This document shows positions 24,021 to 37,900 of a DNA stretch of 64,000 nt, piece by piece; positions within the stretch are counted from its first letter, which is position 1, and the number at the start of each line of letters is the position of its first letter. Where the stretch lies: the NCBI GenBank assembly GCA_050273025.1, contig CP158636.1, forward strand, positions 9,982,001-10,046,000, written 5' to 3'. This DNA is from Cenococcum geophilum. Lineage: Eukaryota. Under the pieces are notes generated by a model. That model was not told the DNA's origin. It made no database searches and was given only the letters and a program-made list of their open reading frames with translations. The position numbers were made by a program, and so were the translations under genes.

Positions 24021-27000
24021 AGTAATAGTAGTAGAATTAAATATAAAAGCGGAAAACGCTAAGTCCTAACCCTAAGTTGCGGGTTAGGACGCCCTAATAA
24101 TAAAAGGATTTATATATTAGCCTACTTAATAGATAACTTAGTAAAGATAAATAGACGGAAATAGATAGTTTTACCTATAATAGGAACTACTGCCATAAAA
24201 TAATATAAAAGCTATTCTATAATTAACTGCGAAGCTACTAACTAATTTATAGATACCTAACTTATGCGCACTTATAACCTACCTACCTTACCCCTTACTA
24301 AAGCCCGCGCCCTATAACTTACTAATAGTAGTTATACTATATAGAAGATTACCTATATAGTATAACTCTACTTAGATATAAATGGGCACTAGGAAGAGCT
24401 CTAGGCCTATATTATACTACTTACTAACTACCCTATTATCCTTAAAATAAGCTAGCTTAAATAATACAACCCCGTTATTAACTAGGAAAAGAAAAAAGCA
24501 ACCTTTAACTCTAAATACTGTAGAGAGACTTGCCTAGGATATGGCCTAGCCGCCTCTATTTACCTACTAGGATATTAACCTAAGAAACCCCTTATTACCC
24601 TATTTATAACTAACTGCTATTATATAAGTGCCGCGGCCTTCTACCGTATAGCACGTAGGAAAGGCTAGACTATTGCTATAGCTTCCTAATTATAACTATA
24701 TAAGTTTAATAAAGAATAGGATTACATTATTTATAGTAATAGAATGAATATAGTTAACCTTTTAGAAGATAACGCCCCCGCGAAACTCTATAGACTTTTA
24801 CCTTTAAACTTTAAAAGGTTTATAAAACTTAAAAAAGGACTTACTAATAAAGAACTCCGTAAGCTCCTCCCTAAGAGGTACTATAACTTTATTAATATAT
24901 GCTTATAAAAGGGCGTAGATATACTCCCCCTATATTAACCTAATAATTATACTATTAATATTAAATAAGGAAAAACGCTACCTTATAAGAGACCCTACCT
25001 AATATTAAAAGACAAACTTTTAGTTATAAGAAAGTATATTAATAAGCACCTTAATAAAGGGTTTATTCGTCCTAGTATATTACTAATAGCCGCCTCTATT
25101 CTTCTTACTAAGAAGCTAGAAGGAGGTATTTAATTCTACGTTAACTATAGAGGACTTAATACTATTATAATTAAAAACTAATACCTAATACCGCTTATAC
25201 AGGAGACCCTTAAACGGCTTAGCTAAGCTAAAATCTATACTAAGCTTAATATTATTACCGCCTTTAACTATTTCTAAATACGGGAAGGTAATAAATGGAA
25301 AACCGTATTTATATCGCGCTTCAGTTAATTTAAATATACCGTTATGCCCTTTAGTGTATATAACGGCCTAGGCACCTTCTAAAGCTATATTAATAACGCC
25401 TTATAGAACTACCTTAATAACTTCTACTCCACGTACCTGGATAATATACTTATTTATAATAATAACCCTTTTAAGTATATTAAATATATTTAAAAGGTCC
25501 TATAGCGCCTTAGGGACATAGGACTTTATATTAATTTAAAGAAATACAAATTCTTAGTTATAGAAGTAAAATACCTTAGACTAATTGTTACTACTAAGGG
25601 TGTCTATATAGACCCTAAGAAGGTATATATAATTACTAAATAGTAAGCCCCTAACTGCATTAAGGATGTATAAGCTTTCCTTAGTTTTACTAACTTCTAT
25701 TAAAAATTTATATATAACTTCTTAGGCGTAATAATACTACTTACAGCAATAATATAAATAAAGGGTCTTTTTGTAAAAGGAAGAAAAACGTACCTACGCT
25801 TTACCTAGATGCCTAAATACGAGAAGGCGTTCTAAGACCTTAAAAATGCCTTTACTAAAGCACCTATTTTAGCCTACTTTACACTAAAACGATAACTTTA
25901 TCTTAAAACTAACTCCTTAGACTACATTAACGTAGGCGTCCTCTCTTAGATAGGTAATAACGGTTTCCTTTACCTAGTCGCATTCTACTTATCTAAGTTT
26001 ATACTATAAGAGTGTAACTATAAGATCTATAATAAAGAACTCCTTATAATTATATAAGCGTTTAAAGAATTCTAACTAGAACTCTCCTTAATAGAGCCTA
26101 ACTAGCTAACTAAAGTTCTTATAGACTATTACAACCTTAAGTACTTTATAACTATAAAGTAGCTAAATTAACGCTAAGTATATTAGAACGAGTTCCTCTC
26201 TAGTTTTAACTTTAAAATTGTATATAGATTAGGAGTATAAGGTACTAAACCTAATAGCCTAATACGCCACTGGTAAGACCTTCCTTAGTCTAAAGATAAC
26301 CCCTATAATTAGTTCTAACAATAAACAATCCTAAAAGTATAAAATTTGGCCCTAGGCATACTACCTATAATAGAGCCAACTATACCTTAGCTTTATACTA
26401 TAAAACTAGAGTTATCTCCTAAAATTAATAAGCTTATTACTATGGTATATAACATCTCTATTAACCTATTACTATATTAACTTATTACTATAAAGACCGC
26501 CGGCGCCTATATACTACCTACTAACCTCTAAAGCTTAGGCTAGATTAATATAGCAGCCTTAAAAGTAAAAGAAAACAGGCTCTATTATAGAGGTCGCCTA
26601 TTTATCCCTAACTTAGAAAATCTATAATAGTAACTAATCTAAATAGCCTACAACCTCCAATTAAGCGGCTACCTAGGTAGAAAAGAAACCTACGAGCTTC
26701 TTAGCCAATACTACTTCTGGCCAAAAATAATAAACTTAGTTAAACGCTTTATAGGCGCCTGCTATGGTTATAAGCGCGCTAAGGCCTTTAATATAAAGTA
26801 CTAAGGACTACTATACCCTCTATTAGTACCTATACGATAATAGGCAGATATTACTATAAATTTCGTTATTAACCTACTACCCTATAAACAATACGGCTAT
26901 ACCTATAAGAACATCCTTATAATAATATGCCGACTTATAAAAGAGCGTCACTATGTCCCAACCAAAGGCGTAGCCGTTAGCAATATTACTAACGCCTTTT

Positions 27001-28650
27001 TCCGCGAAGTTTACCGACTATATAGGTTACCTAACTCGATTATATCTAACTAAGGCATATAATTTAACTCTAATATATAGAGATGAATCTGCTAACGCCT
27101 TAGCATCTCCGTTAAGATGTTTATATTCTTTTACTATAAAACTACTAGGTAACCAAAAAACGTTAATGCTAGCATAAAAGCGTACCTATAATAGGTAGTT
27201 GCCTATAGTTAAGATAACTAGGTAGATTACCTCCTACTAGGTAAATTTATAGCGAATAACTACGTCTTAACTACTACAGGACTTACTCCGTTCTTCGCGA
27301 ATAAGGGTTATTACCCCTAATCCGGCATAAAGCCACTAAAACCTATTAATAAGAAACTGCTATATAAAAAACGCCTTAAGATACTACTTGCTGACTAGTA
27401 TATAGACTATATAAAAAATCTACTTAACTACTATAAGGGAGAAATGGCCTAGGCTTAAGTAAAGTAGGCCTACTTTGCTAACTACTATAGAACGCCACTA
27501 CCGGAGATATGTGTTAGCGACTAGGTATAGCTAGATATACGTAATATCTCTATATAGAGGCTTATAAAGTTACTTAATTATAAGAACCTTAGCCCCTATT
27601 TAATTAAATGAGTTATTAATAGGGGAGCCGTATATAAGCTAGAACTCCTACTTACCCTAGCTACCCGTGGGATATAGCCTATATTTTACCTATAGCTACT
27701 ATACCTTTATTAGCCCAACCCCTTACTAGGGTAGATATAGCCTAAACCCCTACTAGTACTAATCTGAGATAAGAACAAAGATAAGAACTATAAGGAGTAG
27801 ACTATTAAACGAATTATTAACTCTAAATACTTTAGTAAAGGTAGAGGACGACGGCTCTACTATAAAGCTATATAACGTGGGTGACAGGGTTTTGACGGTA
27901 TGATGGGTTTTGACGGTTTTGAATATTAAAACTTTAAGCGAGAGGACACAGACAAAGTTTGTATGGGAAACCTTAAAACCGTTAAAACTCATCACACCGT
28001 TAAAACCCTGTCACCCACGTTATATAGGATTTAATATAGATTAGCTAGAATAGCAACTATAGGAAGATTTTAAAAATGCAAAGGATCTAATTAGCGACTT
28101 TTACTACGCGAACCTATAGAAACTGGGCTTAAGTAGAGATTTTATACCTAATCCTCTATAGGAGCCCTTATAGAGTTAAACCGTTATATATTGCCACGTA
28201 AGGGCAAATTACTATTAGATTGCGGTAAAGTGCGATTATATAACCGGAATATTATTAAGATGGTTAGGAACTTTAACCGGCGGTTAAAGTTATCTAATTG
28301 GTTGGATTTTTAGATGCTAAGCCTTATTATATAACATTATTTTAAACCTTTAGCAATACCCCCCTTTCTTCTTTTTTATACCTTAAGTGCCCCTTTTATA
28401 TATATATATAGTAACCATAGCGTCGCCAGAGCTCCGCCTTTATAGGAGGGGGGGTAGTGTTATAGAACCCTACTATAGGGGCCTCTATAGGAGAGCCCCG
28501 TGCTCTTATATACACCTCGCGTATAGCTTATATTAGCTACGCGTAGGTATATTACCTCCTTACGCCCTCGACCCTTACGATTGATTGCGTAACGTCTTAT
28601 AGACTCCTTAAATATATACGCTCTATAGCTACTACCCCCGTTCCGTAACA
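24021..28650 (+). mobile_element. Ty3/Gypsy family A copy 2, from the gag/pol junction to the 3' LTR (28458-28650)
   Basis: Protease, RT, RNase H, integrase and chromodomain remnants; reverse complement of copy 1; PPT aggaggggggggtag before the TG...CA LTR. Confidence 0.92.
27875..28020. mobile_element. 146-bp MITE of Fot1/Pogo (Tc1-mariner) type
   Basis: ~46-bp TIRs ACGTGGGTGACAGGGTTTT..., flanked by TA. Absent at the equivalent site in copy 1 (~315-325), which serves as the empty site. Confidence 0.93.
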
Positions 28651-31600
28651 TATATAGAGTTTTAGCTCTATAACCTTAATTTAAAAGGTTATAAGCCTAA
28701 GTTTGCACCTAACGGGCTAAATCTAATTGCTTTATTATTAACGATAATTGCTATTATAATACCACTACATAGGCGTTAAAAAGTCATTAAACATTTAACT
28801 AACTTACGACGCTATAACGAGCGGCTACGTAGCTGCCAATAATGGACTCTACGCTAAATATATAAGAGGATCCTACTAAGGATAAGCCTAATATAGTCCG
28901 TTATTAGGCGACGGCACTAGAGGCTTAAAAGGACTTCTTATTTAGTAAATAACCTTACTATTATTATAAATAGAATAATAGAGTTTTAAGAATAAAGCCT
29001 TATAATAACCGTATTAGTAGCGGATTAAAAGAAGCTTATTAGAACTACCTATACTAGCTAAGGAATATACTAAGTTAAAACCTATACTATAAATACTCCT
29101 TATAAAGGAAACCAATCTAATAACGTTGTCTTAATAAGGCCTATAGATTGCCTATTATAAACCACCTATAATATAAAGCCTCGCCAATATAAGCGATAAA
29201 TATACCACCTAAGTCTCTATCCAAAAGCTCGTTAGATGGGAAGACTGGCTAATATTTAGTATTAATATATAAAACCACCTCCAATCTAAAAACATTAAGC
29301 GGGTTCTTAATAACCTACCGCGGCCCCTTTCTATACTTAAGTTAATTAAAGAGAAATGGGTGGACTTAGGCTTTACTAGTAAATAGCTAAAAATTAGGCC
29401 GGCTAACTTAGTAAAAGAATGGGAGAAATATAAGGAATAGCTAGCCTATGCAGTCGGTTTTATTAACTAGAATATTAGTAATATCTATAAGCCGTTTATA
29501 TTAAATACTAGATAGGCGCTTAAGAAATAAAAGGCTCTAAAAGAACGCTTTAAGGATTTTAATTTGGTAGCTGTTACTAATATTATAGCTACCTTCTTTA
29601 CTAAACGCGTTTAAGATTTTAAGAACGTAAAGGAGTTTGTCTCCTATATTATATTAAACCTTAATCGCCTTATTAAAATAAACTAACCTATTAACTATAA
29701 AATCCTTATCTAAGTGGCCCTTCTGCACGGAGTTAGCTCTACTAACTACGTACTATAAAAAAGACTGCTAGGAGAGAAACCTAGAAAACGTACTATAGAA
29801 AATTGGTAATAAAATCCGTGTAAGGAAGAAGTAGAGGATAACTAGGCCACCTATTTAGCTTAATAAACACTCTAATTAAGTTAAATATAAAGTAAATTTA
29901 TAACGTAAGCTTGTAGCAGCGGTAGTATAAGCTTAACTAAGCAGGTATAACTTTATTTATAATACCGCCGCTACCGTCTACTGCTATAAGAATTATAAAC
30001 TTCTCTTTTACTACGTTAATAACGATACCTTATTAGATATAGTTGGTCCCTATAGAGCTTATTTAGTAGGTAAAGGATCTATCTCTATATAAACCGTACT
30101 ACCTAATAGAAGCTATAGAAGTACGCTTACTCTATATAATGTTCTTTACGTGCCATATTTACTAATAAACCTGCTATCTAAAAGCCGACTTAAGGAAATA
30201 GGCGTCTTCTTTAATAATAAGACTTATAAACTTAAATGCAATAATGAGGTAATAGGATATGTACCTAAAGTTTAACAACTCTACCTAATTTGGCAGTATA
30301 ACTACTTATTAGAATTAATCCTCTAGATAATTGAAAATAATAAAAGTTTACCTATTTAGCATTACCGATTTAGCTACCTTAACTACAGTAACCTTAAACG
30401 CCACCTGAATAAGCTTAGCATTAAGTTTAACAACATTAGCGATAAATACTGTAAGCCCTACGCTTAATCTAAAGCCAAAAAGAAGTATAATAGAATGCCC
30501 TAGGAACAAGCTATATGGCCGTTTTAATTTATTTATACGGATCTAGTAGGACCTATTACCCCTATTAGTTTTAAAGGTGAAAGATACTATATATCTTTTA
30601 CCAACGACTATATAAGGTTTACTATAGTTTATACTATCTATATAAAGGATAAGTGGCTTAGTCTTTATAGAGGTACTATAACTAGATCTATACTAAATTT
30701 AACCTTAAAATTACTAGAATTTGTACTAACTATAGAGCAGAGCTCTATAGCAAAAAGGCAATTACCTAGATAGATGATTTAGGTATAGAATTTAAACCTG
30801 CCGCCTTATATACTTAGGAAGAGAACGGAGTAGTAGAGCGCTCGCAGCGAACCTCTACTAAGATTACCCGCTTAATAATCCTCGCCGGTAATATACTAGA
30901 CTTTTTATAGCCTAATATACTTCTTATAGCTATATATATTAAAAACAGACGCCCTATAAGAGCTCTTAATAGCATATTACCTTATAAAAAGCTTAAGGGT
31001 AAACCTCCCTTAGTATACTACCTGTGGGCTCTAGGATCTACTATCTACTCCCTTATAGCTAAAGAAGATCGCGTAAAATTAGCTAGGTTCGCTTTATAAG
31101 CAAAAAAGGGTATTCTAATTAGCTATAACGGTAAGACAATCTATTACGTTTGGCTACTAGATAAATAGAAGATTAAGCAGCTTAAAGACGTTAAAATCTA
31201 TAAAGGTGATATTAGTTTAAAGACTACTACTATATTTATAAAAGAACCTATTAACTTATCTAATAAGTAAGGGAGGAAAGACACTACTACTTCTTAGCCG
31301 AAGCCTCTATTAAGAAAAAGATAATAAAAAATTAATTAAAAGGAAGGTTATAATAGCTTGCCCTATAGGCTTAAGTCTCTGCCTAAAAACCTCACTACTA
31401 CTACTACTCGATTAGGCCGCTAGACGTTAAGAATTAACCTACTAAGCAACTCTACGGCCTTCCTTATAAGCCTTATAGGTATAGACTAAAGCCTTAACTA
31501 ATAGACTGATAATATTAATAAGCTACTAAGTAACTAGGATAATAAAGTAGGTGATAAACTAATAGCCCTTTTATCTACCTTTCCCTTATAATCTATACCT

Positions 31601-32666
31601 TAAAATCCTTACTTAAACGATCGTAATAGGGTCAATCCTGTAGCTCTACTAGTCGGCTATATTTAATATACTAGCTCACCTAATCTTAAAACGTATATAT
31701 CTACTACCTTAATTAACGAAGATAAACCTTATACGTATAACTAAGTAATTAATAGCCTAAACAGCGAAGAATAGATAAAAGTATTAATAGAGGAGGTAGG
31801 ATCTCTAATTAAGAACTAGAATAAGAACTTGTTAACCTTTCCTCCCTTAAGCCTCCTTATAAACCTTTTACTAGTAAGTAGGTGTTTAAAGTTAAAAAGG
31901 GAAAGGATGGCGAGGTCCTACGCTATAAAGCTAGATGGGTTGTTAAGGGATATCTATAGTAGTATAGGGTTAACTACGACTAGACCTTTGCTGCGGTAGT
32001 AAAACCTATAGCCTTTAGAGCTCTATTTGCGATTGCTACCTACTATAACCTTAAAATTAAATAGATGGACGTTAAAATAGCTTTTCTTTATAGACCAATT
32101 AATTAAGAACTCTATATTGTTATACTAAAAGGCTATAAAGAAGCCGGCAAAGTCTACCGCCTTAAAAAGGCCCTCTATAGACTAAAACAGTCACCTTAAA
32201 TATAATACGAAACGCTCTTAAAGTTTCTACTAAAAAAGCTTAGACTTTTTTATTTTTATTTTTTATATCCGTTGTATTATACTACGTACAATACTGCGCA
32301 TGCAGCCTCTAGGCTATGGCGCTATAGTTCTATATACATAAATCCTTTCTAGGCAGCTTAATATATACTAGTAGCTATATCTTAGTAGTTTATAAACCCC
32401 TAAGAGTTTATAGCTCCTTAGTAAAACACTAAGGTACTACAACTACTAGGGAATGAGAAAACGGTAGGAAAAACCATAGGAAATCCTAACCCCTGTCCCT
32501 GTTCTTTTTTAATTTATTTCTGTCCTTTTACTCTCTAATATCTTTTTTCTAAGAGCCTAGTAGGAGTTACCTCCTTCTAGAATCCTATTTGTTTTGTTTT
32601 ATTCTTCTATAGAACTCTCTAAGCTAGTACTTCCTACTAGCTTAGCTGCTTTTAGAACCTCGCAGT

Positions 32667-34686
32667 CATCAGGAAATTTTTTTTTAGGCACGTTGTCGCA
32701 AGCGAAAATTGGGGTCTGCAAAACCTGCGTAAGTCGCAATTTTGGCAATTTGCGGCAATTTGCAGCAATTTACTATAAATACGCAAGTAGCCTGTATAAA
32801 TTGCTGTAAATACGCAAGTAGCCTGTGCAAGTTACTGCAAATTGCTAAAATTGCTAAAATCGCGACTTAAGCAGACCCTAATTTTTGGCTGTAATAAAAA
32901 TACCATAAAGCTCCGCATAAAGCTCTACTAAGGCTCTGCACAAAGCTCTGCACGAAGCTCTACATAAAGCTCTACACAAAGCTCTACACAAAGCTCTACA
33001 TAAAGCTCTATACGAAGCTCTACACGAAGCTCTACACGAAGCTCTACACGAAGCTCTACACGAAGCTCTACACGAAGCTCTACACGAAGCTCTACACGAA
33101 GCTCTACACGAAGCTCTACACAAAGCTCTACACGAAGCTTTGCACGAGGCTCTACACGAGGCTCTACACGAAGGTCTGCGTACAGAGGCTCTGCACGAGG
33201 CTCTACACGAAGCTCTGTACGAAGCTCTGCACGAAGCTCTACATAAAGCCCTGCACGAAGCTCTATATAAAGCTTTGCGCGAGGCTTTACACAAGGCTCT
33301 ACATAAAGCTCTGCGTATAGAGGCTCTATGCGAGGCTCTGTACGAAGCTCTGCACGAAGCTCTATACGAAGCTTTGCACGAGGCTCTACACAAGGCTCTA
33401 CACGAAGCTCTGCATAGGGCTCTACACGAAGCTCTACGTATAGAGGCTCTGCACGAGGCTTTGCGCGAAGCTCTGCGTACGGAGGCTCTACACGAAGCTC
33501 TGCATCGGGTCCCCGCTATATTCCCGATAGCCTCTATATATACCTCTGCCAAGATACCCCTTATATACACCTAGGTAGCCACCTTATTTTCTACCCTTCC
33601 TTATATCCTCCCTACCTAGGGAGACACCAGAACGATAGCTAGCAGACAACTGTTGCCAGAACCAGACGACTACCGTTCGAACGACTATCCAGTAAACGCC
33701 ATAAACGATTTAATTAACTAATTAATCGAATTGAACTAGAGCTTTAATATCGGCCCGTCGCCGAATCGAATTAAGGCCTCCTAGGTAGGCACCCCAGACA
33801 ACCACCGTTTGAATATACAGCTAGCGAACGGCCGTAGAGAACGATTTGAATTAATATAATTAATTAATTAATTGAATTAGGCGGAGCCTTTAATCGGGCC
33901 GACCTTTCCCCTAAATTACAGATAGGTAGGTATAGACAGTAGCACAAACAAAAGGCACAGACGGTAGGTATAGATAGGTAGGCATAGATAGGTAGCATAG
34001 ATAGGTAGGTACAGATAGGTAGATATAGATAGTAGGCATAGATAGGTAGGCATAGATAGTAGGCATAGATAGGTAGGCATAGGTAGGTATAGATAGATAG
34101 ATAGATAGATAGACAAATAGATAGATAGATAGGTAGGTAGGTAGATAGGCAGATAGGCAGACAGATAGATAGATAGACAGATAGGTAGGTAGGCAGGCAG
34201 GCAGGCACTAGGCCTAGTTAGGAAATCGGTACACAGCTAGCAGATTATCAGGAATACCGCCAATTAATAATTTAGAGCCTTTGTAAAGAGTATCCCCCTT
34301 ATCTTAATTACTTAATAAATAGCTCTATATTTTATATAGTTATATAGGAATATAAAATATGCAAAATATAAAATGTATAAAATATGTAAAATGTGCAAAA
34401 TATATAAAATATATAAAATATACAAAACGTGTAAAATACACAGGCTCTACGCGTTTGCTGTGAGTTGCTGTAAAATGCGCAGGCTCTATATAGTTTGCTA
34501 CAAGTTGCTGCAAAATATATAGGCTCTGTGCAGTTTGCTGCAAGTTGCTATAAAATACGTAGGCTCTGTGCAGTTTGCCGCAAAATGCGCAAACCGCACA
34601 AGACCATATACGACTGCCGCGACCGTACAGTTTGCCGCAAATTGCCGCAAACTGCAACAACGAGCCCGAAAAAAAATTTCCTGATG
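32667..34686. mobile_element. Non-coding TIR DNA element (CATCAGGAAATTTTTTTT...), ~34-bp TIR, 2-bp TSD GT
   Basis: TIRs 32667-32700 and 34653-34686; GT at 32665-66 and 34687-88. Excision restores the host codons AAA GAC TGC GAG (KDCE) on the minus strand. Confidence 0.9.
32905..33505. repeat. Tandem array of a 12-bp unit (CTACACGAAGCT) inside the TIR element
   Basis: About 50 units visible directly; source of the HEAL and CRAS repeat ORFs. Confidence 0.95.
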
Positions 34687-34910
34687 GTCTTTACTATTTA
34701 TAAAGTGGTTTTCTTTACAGTTAATGTAAAGGGGAGTAGTATGTCTGTAGGGCTTGCCTATTATTATATAGGTAGAAAGGAATAGTCTTTAGATAAATAT
34801 ACAGCCGTACAAAATCTATAGGCTCTAGTAGAGCATCTGTCTCCTATATAGCCAAATTTTTGGCAGCTGGTGCACTATGTAGTAGGAGAGACTTTGAGGT
34901 ATTTTACTAC

Positions 34911-37900
34911 TGTCGGGAATAAGGCAATTTGCCCTTACGTGCGGCAAATTGCCGTCACGTGAGGCAACTTGCCGTCACGTGCCGTCGTGGCACTAGCGCG
35001 GTAAGGAACCTTAAGTTCTTTACCCTCCCCTATCTAATACAACAAGCTTTTCTATCACTATATCTACTCGAGTAGTATTGGTGATTTGCCCTATATTTCT
35101 AATACTAATTAGTAGTTAAATATACAGTTAACCATAGAATAGCAAGGTTTTTAATAGAAGAGATAGTTTTGTATAGGGGTGCTATATACGCTTATATGGA
35201 ATGGATCCCGGTGATACTATACTACCTTAGACTTACGGAAAACTAGTAATAGAAGTATTACTAAGTACTAGGAGATACCAAGTTGCGTCTATTACGTAGA
35301 ACAATTGCGTTTACAAAGATTTGGTTAAGTACTTTAGGTTAGAAGTATTACTAAACCTAGGGTTCTAAATTAACGTCCGAAACGCGTTAAACAACATCTT
35401 AAATTGCCTACCTTTTAATAGTAAACCTACGAGATTCTACAAAACCGAAAACCCTACCTACCTTTAACATACGACACCCCGTCAATTCTACACTAATTAT
35501 GGCGTTAACCTACCTAAAGAAGTATAAGAAGGACATTAACCCGGAGATATAGCATAAAGATATTGACCCTATAAATGCCAAACAACAGGACCTAAACGGA
35601 TTCTTACTATACTGTATGGCACACTATAAAGATAGCAAATACAACAACACTATGCTTTAGTATTGTATAAAGGAGGACTTTATTAGATAGATAAAGGAAA
35701 CATAGGCTCTCGCGATAAAGGTTATCGTATAAGACTTCCGTAACTTCCTTCGGGAGAATAAAGTATTTGTCCCTATAGATGGGGGCGCTATTAAAGATAA
35801 TATTTAGGAGCATATTATTAACGTAAAAGAAGAGCATAAATAGACTCTATAAGAAATTAAGCACCAACTACGCACTATAAGAAAGCTTAACTCACGATAG
35901 AATCTAAACAATATACTAATAGAGACACGTTCTAATTCTATTACTCTAAAGCAAGCACAAGACCCCCTTACTTCGCGATTTAATAACCTTTAAACTCTAC
36001 CAAAGCAAGACTAGGTACCACGCCGTATTCTATTAGGCTCTATATCTCCACTGTAGCCTATAAAGCAATCTCCACCTCAATCTCTAATGCAATTTTAATG
36101 TGGCTTAATACCGCTTAAAGGTACCTTAAAGATGCTTACAGAGCTTACGAAGCTCTATTTAGACCAAAAGAAGAGGTTTGGCAGGGAACTGTATAATATC
36201 CTTAATTTAAAGCTGCGCATCTTCTACGACTATTACTAGAAGGTTAAACTAGAACCTAACTAATATTATAACACCTATTCCGTTATACTTAAGGGCCGCG
36301 CTAGTACCTTCTATTATAATTATCTGGTAGAAAAAGGATATAATTTTAACCGAATAATATATAAGATAAGATGCCACTTTAAAATAGAAGAGAATAAGTA
36401 GCAGTATATATTGGAGTAGAGAGAGACTACCTTCTTAAGAATTATTACTATAAACCTAGGTATCTCTTGGCTTAATTATCTTTAAAAGCTCTTCAATTAA
36501 CTTTAGATGATTTAGCGTGGTTTATCTAAATCATATTAAGAGAACTTCAGCCTACGCGATTAAGTTATTAGCGCATGCTGAGGTATTAAAGAATGTAACC
36601 TTGCTCTCTTTAATCCTATAAACACTTATAAAGGAGTATATACCTAATTAAGATCCTCTATTAGCACAGCTCTGCGCTCTTAAGAAGTATAGCAATTTAA
36701 TACCTAACCCTAACCTACTTTAATTAACCCAACCAACTAATATGATTATAACTAGACCGATTAAACATATGGTGGCCGCGGTAGGGGATATGACAGAGGG
36801 TATAATTAATATTAACCATAAGGTAATTATGGAGGTTTATTTCGGAGCAATTATTAGAAAAAGTGCTATATTTGTAAGAAGCCAAATTACTAGTTAACTA
36901 GGTACCCCCTTAATAAATAAAAGGAGGCATATAATAAGTTCCGCTAAAGCGTATAAAACATTAGAAATTATAAGGTTACTATGGCCTACTTCCAAAGCTT
37001 CCTAGTTTAATATAAAGGTATAGAAGATTTTAAGGGTAAGGTTAACGAGGCCGAACAGCTCCTTATAGATATAGAAATTAAGGACTACTCCTCCAACTAA
37101 TACTTTACCGAGTATGGTAAGGTAAATGGCATATAAACCATCGCTATCCTTAATAACTAATCTACGCTCTATTCCGTTATAAAGTTAAATATCTTTAATA
37201 AGCCAAAGGAAAGTTCTACGTTCTCCTTTAATAATAGATACTCGGTAAACATCTTTTATAGTATTATGCCAGATACTAGAGCCGTAGGAGTATCTATAGT
37301 AGGAGAACCTTAAGTTTAAGCCCTTTAGCAGCTTAATAGATCTGTTTAGATTAACTAATTAATAGTAGGCTAATATACAATCCGCTTTAGCAAGGGTACT
37401 ATAATCTCTCTTAGTACAATTAAGGTCCAAACCCCATTAGGATATATTACTTTTTATATTATTCCCGCAAACACCCTATTCCTATTCTACATCCAAGATA
37501 TAAATAGATTAGGCGTTAAGCTTAATAACCTTAAGAACGTGCTTATCTAGGGAGATAATTAAGTGCCCGTTATACGCAAATAGGGTTACCCTTAGTTACT
37601 CCTTTAATAGCTAGAAAGGAGCGTTGCTTAAAGCTATTTAACCAAGTTAGAGCTACGCTAACTACATTATCGTTTTAGTTACCTATTTGTTCACTAACTA
37701 CTTAGGGTCCTTTAGTAAGCAGGTTATAAGGTTAAGGTTAAGATAATTAAGCATCTTATAAAGTACTGCTATTACTATTAAATAAACTAGAAGTCCCCTG
37801 GCCGATTTAAGTTTACCCTTAAAGATAACTACGACTTTAACTTTTGTATTATTATTAATATTATGTATTTTAGTGGCAAGCTAGTACTCTAAGTTATTAA

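Noticed and set aside
1..28650. Giant inverted repeat or segmental inversion (1-3920 vs 24280-28330)
   Set aside because: Explained by two independent family A insertions that differ by a MITE and a deletion.
32905..33505. CRISPR-like array
   Set aside because: No unique spacers and no cas genes, in a eukaryotic context.
32878..33574. 230-aa CRAS-repeat and 144-aa HEAL-repeat ORFs
   Set aside because: Both are translations of a 12-bp tandem array inside a TIR element; there is no other coding evidence.
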